Shown here: positions 9,511-19,615 of the stretch, in pieces | How positions within the stretch are numbered: the first letter of the stretch is position 1 | How the letters are laid out: each line of letters opens with the position of its first letter | Virus record (IMG/VR): IMGVR_UViG_3300021399_000130 | Coordinates: 1 to 64,000 of that record | DNA length: 64,000 nucleotides | Reading direction: 5' to 3' (one strand) | DNA from: a virus | Lineage: Duplodnaviria; Caudoviricetes | Made by a program: the position numbers and the translations under genes | Notes under the pieces: generated by a model | The model's database searches: none | Told to the model about the DNA's origin: nothing | Seen by the model: only the letters and a program-made list of their open reading frames with translations

Positions 9511-9966
9511 ATGGAAAGAAGAAATTTTTTAAAACGTTTATTCGGCGCTGGTTTCGGTATCGCTGCAATGGCTACTGTACCGGCAATCGCAAAAACAGAA
9601 GAAACATTTACGCTCGATGACATTGCGTTCCGTTGTAAAGGAAATAAGCATATGTGGTACCTCAAGAAAGGTAGTTGGCTCGATAATGAGTTGAATGAAA
9701 TTTTAGGAAAAAGAGTTGTCGATAGGAAGTATTTCAGTTATTATGACCCGAGGCGCGACATACGGATTCCAGTTAAGGAAAAATATACACGTGAGGACTT
9801 TATGGGTATAATCCTATGGGCGAAGGCACAGTATGATTTCAAATATTACTGCAATGGAACGGCAGATGGCGGAGTTGAAACCGGGCTATGCAGGCTCGTT
9901 TTTAACAATAGGGAAAACTGTTTTCAAACGGAAGTTTATTCGGCTAGAAATCCAAAATACGATTAA
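9511..9966 (+). CDS. Hypothetical protein with twin-arginine (Tat) signal peptide
   Basis: MERRNFLK + hydrophobic helix + AIA cleavage site. Confidence 0.6.
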   Translation: MERRNFLKRLFGAGFGIAAMATVPAIAKTEETFTLDDIAFRCKGNKHMWYLKKGSWLDNELNEILGKRVVDRKYFSYYDPRRDIRIPVKEKYTREDFMGIILWAKAQYDFKYYCNGTADGGVETGLCRLVFNNRENCFQTEVYSARNPKYD

Positions 9967-9969
9967 AAT

Positions 9970-10458
9970 ATGAACGACGAATTTTTAGGTTTTGTAGCTG
10001 AAATAGGAAGGACTACGGACAGAAAATATCTTTACCGATTTGACTTCACGTATGACCCGGACAGCCTTTGGGGGGAATTTTTTAATATTCCGCCGGCATG
10101 CATTGTACCAGACCTTGCCCCGGACCCGAACTGCCTTTCAAGGAGTGCCAAGATTGTGTCTCCGGTAAAACTTATGACAGCAAAGGAAAACGCCTGCTTC
10201 TCAATGCAAGATTGTATAGACGGCATCATTCCACTATGTTTCAGCGAGATAGACGATGACGCCATCTACTTCAATGACAAGCCGTTAAAGTTTAGATTCG
10301 GGGAAAAACTTGAAACAGTTGAAATGAAACTTGAAAAAACAGGCCTGGTCAATTTGGGCTTTGAAGAAATTAAACGAAACGATGAAAACCTCGTAAATGA
10401 CCTGATTAACAACCTTAATAATAATAGTGATGATGATTTAGACCCAGATGAGTTCTGA
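9970..10458 (+). CDS. Hypothetical protein, paralog of next gene
   Basis: Aligns by eye with 10448-10852. Confidence 0.7.
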   Translation: MNDEFLGFVAEIGRTTDRKYLYRFDFTYDPDSLWGEFFNIPPACIVPDLAPDPNCLSRSAKIVSPVKLMTAKENACFSMQDCIDGIIPLCFSEIDDDAIYFNDKPLKFRFGEKLETVEMKLEKTGLVNLGFEEIKRNDENLVNDLINNLNNNSDDDLDPDEF

Positions 10459-10852
10459 TAAATCGGTCCTGGTATTTGTTAAACCAATATGTAAAAACAC
10501 GGACCAGACATATGAATATGACTTATTCTTCAGTGACACCCCAGATATTGTGTGGGGTGTTGATTGGGAAGTCAATACGCCTGGACTAGTTTCTTCCGAC
10601 GAGATAACCCCAGACGAAACCACTTATAATAAAGTTGTGAGGATTAAGACCCCGTTTCCGCTAAAGACCGTACAGGAAACATATTGCTACTCAATGGAAT
10701 ATGCGATTGCAAGGATTATCGCACTTTCCTGGATTGACATTGAAAATATGGAAGAATACCCCGAAAAGGGAAGAATGGTTCTCTACTTCGGGGATACTTT
10801 TGAACATGTACAAGGGGTTTTGAGTGAGTTTGGAATATTTATAAAGGATTAA
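10448..10852 (+). CDS. Hypothetical protein, paralog of previous gene
   Basis: Shared TD..Y.Y...F...PD..WG, C.SM...I..II.L, FG...E.V...L blocks. Confidence 0.7.
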   Translation: MSSDKSVLVFVKPICKNTDQTYEYDLFFSDTPDIVWGVDWEVNTPGLVSSDEITPDETTYNKVVRIKTPFPLKTVQETYCYSMEYAIARIIALSWIDIENMEEYPEKGRMVLYFGDTFEHVQGVLSEFGIFIKD

Positions 10853-10863
10853 AAGTAAAAACA

Positions 10864-11175
10864 ATGGAAGACGATAGAACAATTATATATGAATTTCTTA
10901 GTCAATTTGAGGACTTTACGCAGTCAGACCGTGAAAGTGGGTATAAAAATGTATATAGACCTTCCTGGCACATTGAACCTTTCCAATTTTGGTTTAATCC
11001 TCCATTTGATGAAACCGGGAAGAGCGAACCTACGTTAAGCGGAATCATCTATTTAACCGAGGATGGCAGAATAATAGTTCAAAATGCAAGGAATAGCCTT
11101 TTTTATAATCTTGATGAATGTCTTGGTGAATCAATTAGAAGTTTTGCACTCTCTATAATGAATCGTAACCAGTAA
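10864..11175 (+). CDS. Hypothetical protein
   Basis: 103-aa ORF continuing the operon. Confidence 0.55.
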   Translation: MEDDRTIIYEFLSQFEDFTQSDRESGYKNVYRPSWHIEPFQFWFNPPFDETGKSEPTLSGIIYLTEDGRIIVQNARNSLFYNLDECLGESIRSFALSIMNRNQ

Positions 11176-13633
11176 AAATCTCGCTGATTATTTGTTCAAA
11201 CAAAGTTTTGTTCTCGTTAAGGGCTGTTGGATTGTTCTGGCCTTCTACCGCAATATTGTTATCATGTAAGAACCTAATTAATTTGTCCTTTCCTTCCTTA
11301 TTCCAAGAAAATACAAATTCCTCACCACCAGCCAGTTCAATTGTGTATTCTTTTTCATCCTCAGTCGCATGTTGCGGAATGATATAAGATAATACCCATC
11401 CGTTTTTTTTACTGGAGTTTCTGATTACATTGCGTTTAGTTATGTCGCGACCCATATCTTGTGCGGTCTTGACCTCATCAAGGAATCTTCGTGGTGAGCC
11501 AAGATAAGGTATCACTCCACCAACTTCTGGAGCATTAAAAATCTCTTCATCATCCGCCCCGTGTCTTATGATGGACTGAAAATATGCTAGCAGTTGGTTG
11601 TTGTCATCAAATTTCACCCTTTCCCTTTTTCCATCAACAGTTTTCCATTTGTTAACTGTTGGAACATAACTGGCCTCTGACAACCGACTTTTAATTTTAG
11701 TCAATGAATTTCCAGAATCCAAACCGGTGGAAGAAATTCTCTTGGCAAATTCCTTATAGGCTCCGATTATTATCTCCCTAATTTTATGCATTCTATGTGC
11801 ACTTGCATCTTCCGGACCGCTATAAAACTTTGTTCCACCAACAGTTTTTTGAATAAAGCCACACTCGGTCAAGATATATTCCCTCATTTCTGTAAACAAA
11901 GGAAATGCACTATAATCGTCGTATGTTACGGTTATCGGCCTATAATGTTGTTCACCTTGATATTCAAAACAGTAGGTGTTGCTTTCTGTACGGCCAAGAA
12001 TATCAATTGACTGGCCTTGAAGGTCACTATCCGTCTTCTTCTTCCTATTGTACTCGTATTGCCATTCAACCGAAGGGTCTGAATTATTTATCAAGAAATA
12101 GTATATCTCGCCCTGTGTTTTGTCTTTAAACTCGTTCTTGAAGTTTAAAATACGCCAGAAAGGTACGATTTCTTCTGTTGTCTCGATTGCCCTCTTTTTA
12201 CCGTCATAAATATTTTTAAGCGGAACCAAGGCCTTTGGAATGATATCCTTATTCATGTTTTTGTTCCATATATTTATTGCTGTCATTCCATCAGTAAGAA
12301 GAAAGTCAATGGACATATTGTATGTCTCGGCTATTTTACCATACTTTTTGTAGTTGTCATTTAACAAGCCAGACAGAGCTCTCGCTGCATAAAATATTTT
12401 CTCCGCCACGCAACCGTTATTAATATCAATAGCAATTTGCGGCTTAATTAGTTCCTGTAATGCGATATTACCTTTTCCTCCAACCCACTTTTTAATTCCT
12501 TCAGTAATTTGAGTATCCGTAATGTCAGTTAAAATCGGGTCAAAAAGGGCTGTTTCAGGTAATGAAAAACATTGCGACAATTTCAAAAGGAATTGTCCAC
12601 TCAATATATTTCCGTATGTGTTCTCATAAACGTCTAAATAAGCCCAAGAGCGAGAAATAGCATACTCATCACCACCAAAACCGTCGGTAGATAAGATATT
12701 TTCAAACCCATCATTCGTTTTGTTAATATTAGTTTTAACAATATCATAAATGTTCGGTTTTTCACCCAATAAATATTTTGTGTATTCTTTTACCTCCTTA
12801 GTTCGTATGTTATTTAAATATCGTGGTCCTCGGTTAGCCGACCTGTCACAGTAATTAAAATAATAAAACAAAAGAAAAAAATAGAATGGGTCTGTTTCAG
12901 TACCTGGAGCGTATTGATTTATAACAAAATCGCGGATTTCCTTTCCGTATTTATTTTGTAGCGTTTCAGCCACACTTTTTGAAAGCTCGTAAATAGTTTT
13001 AACATAATTGATTACCTCTTCTCTTTTTTGGAAATCAGGTACCTGAATATTACTACCGCCAAGTTCTTCAAACACATTCCTAAGTTGTTCAACGTTATTT
13101 AAAGACGTTGGCCTATCAATGTTATTCTGTACATCTTCTGGCTGAACCAGGTTGTCGTTTGCCTGTTTCTTATTCTTTTTTTTCATGTATGCTTCCCTTT
13201 GCTTGCCGTCAATTGTACCTTTTCTCTGTTTGATACTATCTCTAAATTTGAAATAGTTTCCGTTATTGTCAAACTTTCCGGCCTTCATCTTCCTAAAGTT
13301 TCCCGGCGTCCTTAAGGCATCTAAAAAAGTATCATCCCCAAAATAACTTCTAATAGGACTTACGTCCGGGCCAACAGTGTTTTTAATATCTTCTATTTGC
13401 TCAGGTGTTAAACTTGCCAACAGCCTATTAGCAGCTGGCGAACTTATATTTTTTATTCCATTTTTTTCCAACCAAGATTTTAATCCCATGAGCTCATTAA
13501 AATGAATATCTTGGCGGGTAGGGTCTTGGTCAAAAAATCCAGGCCAATCCCATTCTCCTTGGCGGTCTTCACTTATCAACCCCTTCAGGTCCGACAAGCC
13601 AAACAAATTATTTCTAACTTCCGTAATCTTCAT
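11153..13633 (-). CDS. Large late protein with PD-(D/E)xK (VSR/DUF559-like) nuclease motif
   Basis: SIDILG...CFEYQGEQHY; late motif at 13668-13677; LISE/LNE motifs at the termini. Confidence 0.55.
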   Translation of the reverse strand: MKITEVRNNLFGLSDLKGLISEDRQGEWDWPGFFDQDPTRQDIHFNELMGLKSWLEKNGIKNISSPAANRLLASLTPEQIEDIKNTVGPDVSPIRSYFGDDTFLDALRTPGNFRKMKAGKFDNNGNYFKFRDSIKQRKGTIDGKQREAYMKKKNKKQANDNLVQPEDVQNNIDRPTSLNNVEQLRNVFEELGGSNIQVPDFQKREEVINYVKTIYELSKSVAETLQNKYGKEIRDFVINQYAPGTETDPFYFFLLFYYFNYCDRSANRGPRYLNNIRTKEVKEYTKYLLGEKPNIYDIVKTNINKTNDGFENILSTDGFGGDEYAISRSWAYLDVYENTYGNILSGQFLLKLSQCFSLPETALFDPILTDITDTQITEGIKKWVGGKGNIALQELIKPQIAIDINNGCVAEKIFYAARALSGLLNDNYKKYGKIAETYNMSIDFLLTDGMTAINIWNKNMNKDIIPKALVPLKNIYDGKKRAIETTEEIVPFWRILNFKNEFKDKTQGEIYYFLINNSDPSVEWQYEYNRKKKTDSDLQGQSIDILGRTESNTYCFEYQGEQHYRPITVTYDDYSAFPLFTEMREYILTECGFIQKTVGGTKFYSGPEDASAHRMHKIREIIIGAYKEFAKRISSTGLDSGNSLTKIKSRLSEASYVPTVNKWKTVDGKRERVKFDDNNQLLAYFQSIIRHGADDEEIFNAPEVGGVIPYLGSPRRFLDEVKTAQDMGRDITKRNVIRNSSKKNGWVLSYIIPQHATEDEKEYTIELAGGEEFVFSWNKEGKDKLIRFLHDNNIAVEGQNNPTALNENKTLFEQIISEIFTGYDSL

Positions 13634-13701
13634 AATTCACAATATGCCATTAGAGACACTTATTTCTCATAAATATCTTTTAAGGCACAAAAAGAGTCAA
13701 T

Positions 13702-13730
13702 TTGTTTTCCAGAGATTTTTTATGTACTAT
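13702..13730 (+). promoter_or_regulatory. Sigma70-like promoter of DNA polymerase
   Basis: TTGTTT-N17-TACTAT; spacer shares AGAGATTTTTT with the helicase promoter. Confidence 0.5.
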
Positions 13731-13767
13731 AGGGTGAAAGAAAAGGTCAAAGGATATGACCAGTTAA

Positions 13768-16700
13768 ATGTTAAAAGATATGGAAGAATTTAAAAGACAG
13801 GAAATTACGATGGAGGCCGTGAAAACCTTTATGGAAGGACACGACCCGGAAGAGAGAATTGTTGATATTACAGTCAGTTACAGGGACCCCTTTGTCAAGG
13901 TCTATTACAGGGACGAGGACGATAATAAGTGTGTTTCTGAGCGTCCGTTTTATCCTTTTGTGTGGGCTAAGAAAGAGGTCTGTGTAAAAATGAAGAAGTA
14001 CATCATGGATAACGAAATCTGTGGTGGCAGTATGGCGAATATGATGGGCAAGTACGGCATATTCGTCAAGGAGCTTTCAACAAAGAATAACGAGGGGCAA
14101 AGCGTTGAAGCAATGGAAAATGGTTATATGTACCTTTTCTATGCTACAAGGGCGATGTCTTATAGTGATTTCCTTAAGTTCTTCAAGGAAGCCGGTTATC
14201 CAATATACAAGGACAGGAACAAGAACGGGCAGGAGGAACTCGCAAAGAACAAGACCAAATATTACCTTACCGCTACGCCAGAGGAACAATATTTGATTTC
14301 CACTGGTAAAAGGTATTTCAAGGGATACAATGACTACGACGAGACGCTGCGTATGATTTTTGACCTTGAAACCACCGGTCTTAATACGAAGACTGACAGG
14401 ATTGAACAGATTGGTGTCAGGTTTAATAGACCGGTCAAGTATAATGGAAAGCCATATAATTTCGAAAGGGTATTTGCTGTCGAAGGCGAGACCGAGGAAG
14501 AGAGGAATGCCAATGAACTTGAAGCAATTAAAAAGTTCCTGTTGTGCATCGCCCTATTCAAGCCGGACATCATAACGGCTCATAATGGAGAAAACTTCGA
14601 CTGGAATATACTTATCGGGGCTTGCGAAAGGCTCGGTACTTCTATGTATGAACTCTCCAAGGAGTATTTTAACGGGGAACCTATCTACAAGAGTCAGAAG
14701 GAGAATGTTTTGAAACTTGGCGGCGAGGTTGAAAAATACAGCCCTACCGTTGTTCCGCACACTATAATTACCGATAGTCTGCATGCGGTAAGACGTGCCC
14801 AGGCTATTGACTCCAGTATGAAAAAGGCCGACCTGAAATATGCGACCAAGTACGCAAAACTCGTTAAGAAGAACCGTGTCTATGTTCCGGGTGACAAGAT
14901 TTCTACGGTTTGGAACGACAACGAGGCACATTACGCATTTAATGACGAAGATGGTAAGTGGTACGAAATTACGGAAAAGAAACCTTTAAAGGAAGGATAT
15001 GAAGCTGTTACCGGCAGATATGTAGTTGAAAGGTATCTCTTGGACGACCTTTGGGAGTGCGACAAGGTGGAGTTGAAATATAATGCCACGAACTTCCTTA
15101 TCTGTAAAATCCTACCACTGCCTTACCAGAAATGTACTACAATGGGTACGGCGGGTCAGTGGAAGGCTCTGCTTATGGCGTGGAGCTACGAAAACGGACT
15201 TGCAATACCAGACGCACCGAATACTGGAAAATTTACCGGAGGCCTTTCACGTCTCCTTAAGGTTGGATATGTTGATAACGTAATCAAGCTTGACTATAAC
15301 TCGCTGTATCCGTCCATTATCCTTACTTGGGGTATCGAGGATGAAAAGGACCTTATGGGAACGATGCTTAAGTTCCTTGAATATGTGCTTACAACACGAG
15401 AAGTATCCAAGGGGCTGAAAAAGAAAGCCGGTAATGTTGTCGAAAAGTATGAGAAGAAGCTCGCAAAGGGTCAGGAACTCACACCGGAAGAACTTACCGA
15501 ATACCAGACAGCACAGAAGGACTATTCATTCAACGACGGAAAGCAGCTGCAACAGAAGGTCCTTGGTAACTCGTTCTTCGGTTCCTATGGTTCTAATATC
15601 GGCTCACTATTCCCTTGGAAATCAATCGTGTGTGCTGAGAGGACTACTTGTACCGGTCGTCAGTCGCTTCGTCTTATGATTAGCCACTTCGCAAACCTTG
15701 GTTATGAACCGATTGTGGGAGATACCGATGGTTTTAACTTTAAACTTCCAGACACATTCCGCTATACCGAAGAGAACCCTTATATAAGCCCCGGTCTTTC
15801 ACGTGAAACAAAGAAAGGAAAATCTTATACTGGTTTTGAAGCGGACGTTGCAGAGTTTAATGACTTATTTATGTCCGACAAACATTATGCTCAAAATGCA
15901 GTAAATAAGATGGGGCTCGGCATTGATGAAATCGTTTCTTCGACCATTAACTTCTCCAGGAAGAACTATGCGGACCACTTCCCGGATAAACCATACCCGG
16001 AAGACGTGAAGATGGTCGGTAATACTATCAAGTCAAAGAAAATGCCGGAGTACATCGAAAAGTTCCTCGACAAGGGAATTCGCCTCCTACTGAAGAATGA
16101 TGGGCAAGGTTTCCTTAACGAATACTATGACTATGTAGATAAGATTTACAGCTACCGCATTCCACTAAAGGAAATCGCATCACGCGGCAAGGTAAAGAAG
16201 ACACTGAACGAGTATGTTGAAGATTGCAAGACCATTACGAAAGCCGGAAGACCGAAGTCAAGGCAGGCGTGGATGGAGCTGGCACTTAAAGACAATCTCA
16301 GTGTAAATCTTGGGGAGACGCTGTTCTATATCAACACCGGTAAGTCCAAGTCGCAGAGTGACGTTAAAAAAGTAACGCACTACTATGAAGTTGGCGGGCT
16401 CTTCGGTGACAAGATGGATATGAGGGTGGCACTTGAAAAGGAATGGAAGGCCGCACCAAAGACAAAGACTATCGTTGATGGAGTACAACTATCTCTAAAT
16501 GAGTATGTTAAAGAGTATCACCCGGAGATTACAATCGAAGACGAGATACTTTTGAATGCGATGCTCCTCCCCAGGGATATGGTTGATGCCGAAAAGGATA
16601 TATTCTGCAAGGACGTTCCCGGAATGGAATACAATGTTCCAAAGTATATCAGTCAATTCAATAACCGTATAAAACCGCTACTTGTCTGTTTCCCCAAGGA

Positions 16701-17199
16701 GATACGTGACAAGATATTGATTTCAAACCCTTCAGACCGCCCTTACTTTACGGAAGAACAGTCAAGACTTTCAAGTGGTGAGCCCAACAATGAGGGGGAC
16801 CAGGATACCTTTGAGCAGCTTATGACAATGGAAGACAAGGAAATCAAGTTCTGGAAAGCCCACCCGGAATTTAAGATACCGTTCCTTGAAGAGTGTGGAA
16901 TGAACTGGAACGAGATTGTCAAGGACTACGATGAGAGAATGGCCAGGGAGAAACAGCTCGGTATTGACCACGTCAGGGAAGAAGTCGAAAAAGCCATCGA
17001 CAAAATGACCGGAGAAGACTTCGATGCCTTTGAAGATGACGGAGAAGTGCCGGCCTCTTTGAAGAAACTGGTTGATTTTGACCCGGTTACAAGCAACTTC
17101 GTCGATAAGACATATCCTGACATTGTTATTATGACGATTTATGACCTGCTTGATGCACGATATGCTAAACAAAATGAAAATGAAAATGGAGAGGATTAA
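13768..17199 (+). CDS. polB: Family B DNA polymerase with 3'-5' exonuclease
   Basis: FDLETTG (ExoI), HNGENFDW (ExoII), DYNSLYPSII, K..GNSFFG, VGDTDG. Confidence 0.95.
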   Translation: MLKDMEEFKRQEITMEAVKTFMEGHDPEERIVDITVSYRDPFVKVYYRDEDDNKCVSERPFYPFVWAKKEVCVKMKKYIMDNEICGGSMANMMGKYGIFVKELSTKNNEGQSVEAMENGYMYLFYATRAMSYSDFLKFFKEAGYPIYKDRNKNGQEELAKNKTKYYLTATPEEQYLISTGKRYFKGYNDYDETLRMIFDLETTGLNTKTDRIEQIGVRFNRPVKYNGKPYNFERVFAVEGETEEERNANELEAIKKFLLCIALFKPDIITAHNGENFDWNILIGACERLGTSMYELSKEYFNGEPIYKSQKENVLKLGGEVEKYSPTVVPHTIITDSLHAVRRAQAIDSSMKKADLKYATKYAKLVKKNRVYVPGDKISTVWNDNEAHYAFNDEDGKWYEITEKKPLKEGYEAVTGRYVVERYLLDDLWECDKVELKYNATNFLICKILPLPYQKCTTMGTAGQWKALLMAWSYENGLAIPDAPNTGKFTGGLSRLLKVGYVDNVIKLDYNSLYPSIILTWGIEDEKDLMGTMLKFLEYVLTTREVSKGLKKKAGNVVEKYEKKLAKGQELTPEELTEYQTAQKDYSFNDGKQLQQKVLGNSFFGSYGSNIGSLFPWKSIVCAERTTCTGRQSLRLMISHFANLGYEPIVGDTDGFNFKLPDTFRYTEENPYISPGLSRETKKGKSYTGFEADVAEFNDLFMSDKHYAQNAVNKMGLGIDEIVSSTINFSRKNYADHFPDKPYPEDVKMVGNTIKSKKMPEYIEKFLDKGIRLLLKNDGQGFLNEYYDYVDKIYSYRIPLKEIASRGKVKKTLNEYVEDCKTITKAGRPKSRQAWMELALKDNLSVNLGETLFYINTGKSKSQSDVKKVTHYYEVGGLFGDKMDMRVALEKEWKAAPKTKTIVDGVQLSLNEYVKEYHPEITIEDEILLNAMLLPRDMVDAEKDIFCKDVPGMEYNVPKYISQFNNRIKPLLVCFPKEIRDKILISNPSDRPYFTEEQSRLSSGEPNNEGDQDTFEQLMTMEDKEIKFWKAHPEFKIPFLEECGMNWNEIVKDYDERMAREKQLGIDHVREEVEKAIDKMTGEDFDAFEDDGEVPASLKKLVDFDPVTSNFVDKTYPDIVIMTIYDLLDARYAKQNENENGED

Positions 17200-17216
17200 A
17201 CTTCCTCTCCATTTTT
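17183..17216. terminator. Bidirectional terminator
   Basis: AAAATGGAGAGG/CCTCTCCATTTT stem between convergent genes. Confidence 0.8.
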
Positions 17217-17876
17217 GCGTTTATTATTATAAATAAACTTATTACATGCCTCCTCATCTATCTTTCTGTTTATTTCTCGTTTCAGGTAATCGATATACTC
17301 TTCATCGCTGAGATTGCTTACATCATATGAACAAGTAGTAAAGTTATTCCTCCACCAGGGTTTGTCACCGATTTCTGTCGGTATCTCAGTCGTTCCAGTT
17401 TGCCAGGTTATCCATGGTGTCGTTGTTCCGGTATAAGGATTTGCCGGTGCATACGGAAGGGTGATACTCTTTTCAAGTTCAAGCTGTGCTATTTTAGCTT
17501 TTGCCTCATCTAAATCCCGCCTCGCATCACATAGTTCTTGCTCTGTTTGGCTAATAGCCTTTTTAAGGGTTATAATCTCATACTGGAGTTTCTTTATCAT
17601 TTCCTCGTCATCGGTAAGTTCATCGGCGTGGTCCCTTATTACTTCCGCAACCTTTCTTCTCAGCCCCTCCTTGAACTTTTTAATGGCTGTTTCAAGCTTA
17701 TGTTCATCTTCCCTATTACCGGTCTTATAGAAGATACTTTCATTCGTTACGGTCGTGTCTATTCTTTCAATATAGACTTTCCCGGACAGACATACCTTAT
17801 TTCCAGTCTGTTCAATTGTGTAGGTGTAATTTTCCATCACCTGGTCCAATACGTCATAAATCGTTCTGTTTTTCAT
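17196..17876 (-). CDS. Hypothetical coiled-coil protein
   Basis: 226-aa ORF with central heptads. Confidence 0.65.
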   Translation of the reverse strand: MKNRTIYDVLDQVMENYTYTIEQTGNKVCLSGKVYIERIDTTVTNESIFYKTGNREDEHKLETAIKKFKEGLRRKVAEVIRDHADELTDDEEMIKKLQYEIITLKKAISQTEQELCDARRDLDEAKAKIAQLELEKSITLPYAPANPYTGTTTPWITWQTGTTEIPTEIGDKPWWRNNFTTCSYDVSNLSDEEYIDYLKREINRKIDEEACNKFIYNNKRKNGEEV

Positions 17877-17899
17877 AATGCATTACTTTTATAATAAAT

Positions 17900-17931
17900 T
17901 AAACCTTGATGGTTAATAATCAAGGTTTTTT
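17900..17931. terminator. Intrinsic terminator
   Basis: AAACCTTGAT/ATCAAGGTTT stem with T-run. Confidence 0.75.
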
Positions 17932-19615
17932 ACACATCATACAGTTTATTATTCCCATATACTTTTGCATGGACTATCCGTATCTTCATTGTCTTCCTCT
18001 TATCTGGTACAGGGTCCCTCTTTATCACTGGGGCAGGTTGCGGTCTGGGTTGAGGTTTTTTAACCGGTTCTGGCAATGTGGGCACGGTGGTTGCCTTATT
18101 TGGGGTCTTGACCACTTCTGGCTTTGGTTTGACAGATGCCGCCACGATGGTTTCTACTGGTCCGTACTTACTTGTATCAAGACCAATCTTATCATATGTT
18201 TCCGCCTTTCTGGTCTTCATTTTCGGGTCCTGGATAGCAACATTCGTGATTGCGAACGAGCCGGTCAAGGACTTGTCATTCAATGGAGTATCCGGTGGCA
18301 GCAGGCCTTTTTCGTGCAGTTCAATTATCCGTTTCATCGCCTTTCTGTTCAAAACATAACAAGAACAGAAGATAAAGAACACCTCTGAAGCGTTCATATC
18401 CCCATACAATGTATTCTCTGGCAATGTCTTAACGTGTTTCTTGTACTTTATTCCTTCAAGCGGGGCCGAACACACCATCTTGTCAAGCATAACTACGTCG
18501 GTATCAGGCATATTTGAAAGCATTGTGTTTATATATTCCAGGTCTTTGTGGAACCTTACGTCGTTCTCAAGTATGAGTATCCTTTCATAACCAAGTGCAT
18601 ATGCCTCCTTAGCGATTTCATAGTGCTTCATTGACACCCGCTTGATATATTCTCTGCTTGAAGATTTCAGTGCCGTGTTCATATTTAAACGCTTGTCCTT
18701 ATATACATTATCAAGCAATGGCGTAGGGTAATCATAGACCCAGGAGAAATAGTCCGCATTTTCATCTATACCGACACGTTTCAGTTCTTCCTTTAACTTA
18801 GGAAGCCTGTCTGCCGCTGGGAGGTAATGGAGGCAATAGATATGATTGAAAACGGAGTTAAAATTAACGCGGTTTGCAACTTTTTTTATTGGTTCATCGG
18901 TCCAAAACTGTTTATAATTTTCAAGCCATTCATTTACTGGTATGTGTTTCGGTTTTTTTATTTTTTCAGCTGCACTGACCCAGCTACCATTTCCATAATG
19001 TACGATATAGTCAGATACCTTTATTTCTCTATGTGGTGCTTTTTTCTTTTCGGTTAAAAGATATATTGCTGCTCCAGTATCATATCTATCACCTGTTGGA
19101 CCAACCCTTAGTCCGTGCATATAATTTTCATCAAAATAATGGATGCCGTTTTTTATGCATAATGGAGTGTTAATAAAACAAATAAATGGCAAAACTCTTT
19201 TAACATTGCTATTTGGTTGATAAATTACCTCTCCCTTATAACATACTATCTCGTCAAAAAGTGGCGTAAAATCTTTTTTAACCAAAACATCGCTATCAAA
19301 AAGAACAAACGGTTCCTTAATCATTTCCATACACTTTTCAACACTGTAGGCGTGTTTCGCACTCCCCCACTTGTTGGTTTTTCCGCCAGACTTGTCTTTA
19401 TTAGGATACTTTTTAAGCCATTCGTCAAAATTGATTATCTGGCCCTTTGTATTATCAAAAACAGTAACATTATTAAAATTATTTATAAATGGTCTGGTAT
19501 CACTATTATCGAAAATATAAATATTAGTCCCTGGTGTATGTTTATTTATGCTCTTAACCAAATGCTCGGTAAGAACAGGAGTATTAAAATGTATAATGCA
19601 AACATTCTTATTCAT
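17930..19615 (-). CDS. Two-domain glycosyltransferase (GT-A domain + GT25-like domain)
   Basis: FDNSD...LFDSDVLV in N-terminal half; NHIYCL...DRL...H...YERILILENDVRF in C-terminal half. Confidence 0.75.
   Translation of the reverse strand: MNKNVCIIHFNTPVLTEHLVKSINKHTPGTNIYIFDNSDTRPFINNFNNVTVFDNTKGQIINFDEWLKKYPNKDKSGGKTNKWGSAKHAYSVEKCMEMIKEPFVLFDSDVLVKKDFTPLFDEIVCYKGEVIYQPNSNVKRVLPFICFINTPLCIKNGIHYFDENYMHGLRVGPTGDRYDTGAAIYLLTEKKKAPHREIKVSDYIVHYGNGSWVSAAEKIKKPKHIPVNEWLENYKQFWTDEPIKKVANRVNFNSVFNHIYCLHYLPAADRLPKLKEELKRVGIDENADYFSWVYDYPTPLLDNVYKDKRLNMNTALKSSSREYIKRVSMKHYEIAKEAYALGYERILILENDVRFHKDLEYINTMLSNMPDTDVVMLDKMVCSAPLEGIKYKKHVKTLPENTLYGDMNASEVFFIFCSCYVLNRKAMKRIIELHEKGLLPPDTPLNDKSLTGSFAITNVAIQDPKMKTRKAETYDKIGLDTSKYGPVETIVAASVKPKPEVVKTPNKATTVPTLPEPVKKPQPRPQPAPVIKRDPVPDKRKTMKIRIVHAKVYGNNKLYDV

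Noticed and set aside
13768-17199. Intein or intron in DNA polymerase
   Set aside because: Exo and Pol motifs are in normal order in one ORF; I saw no intein C-terminal HN-C/S/T block or LAGLIDADG motif
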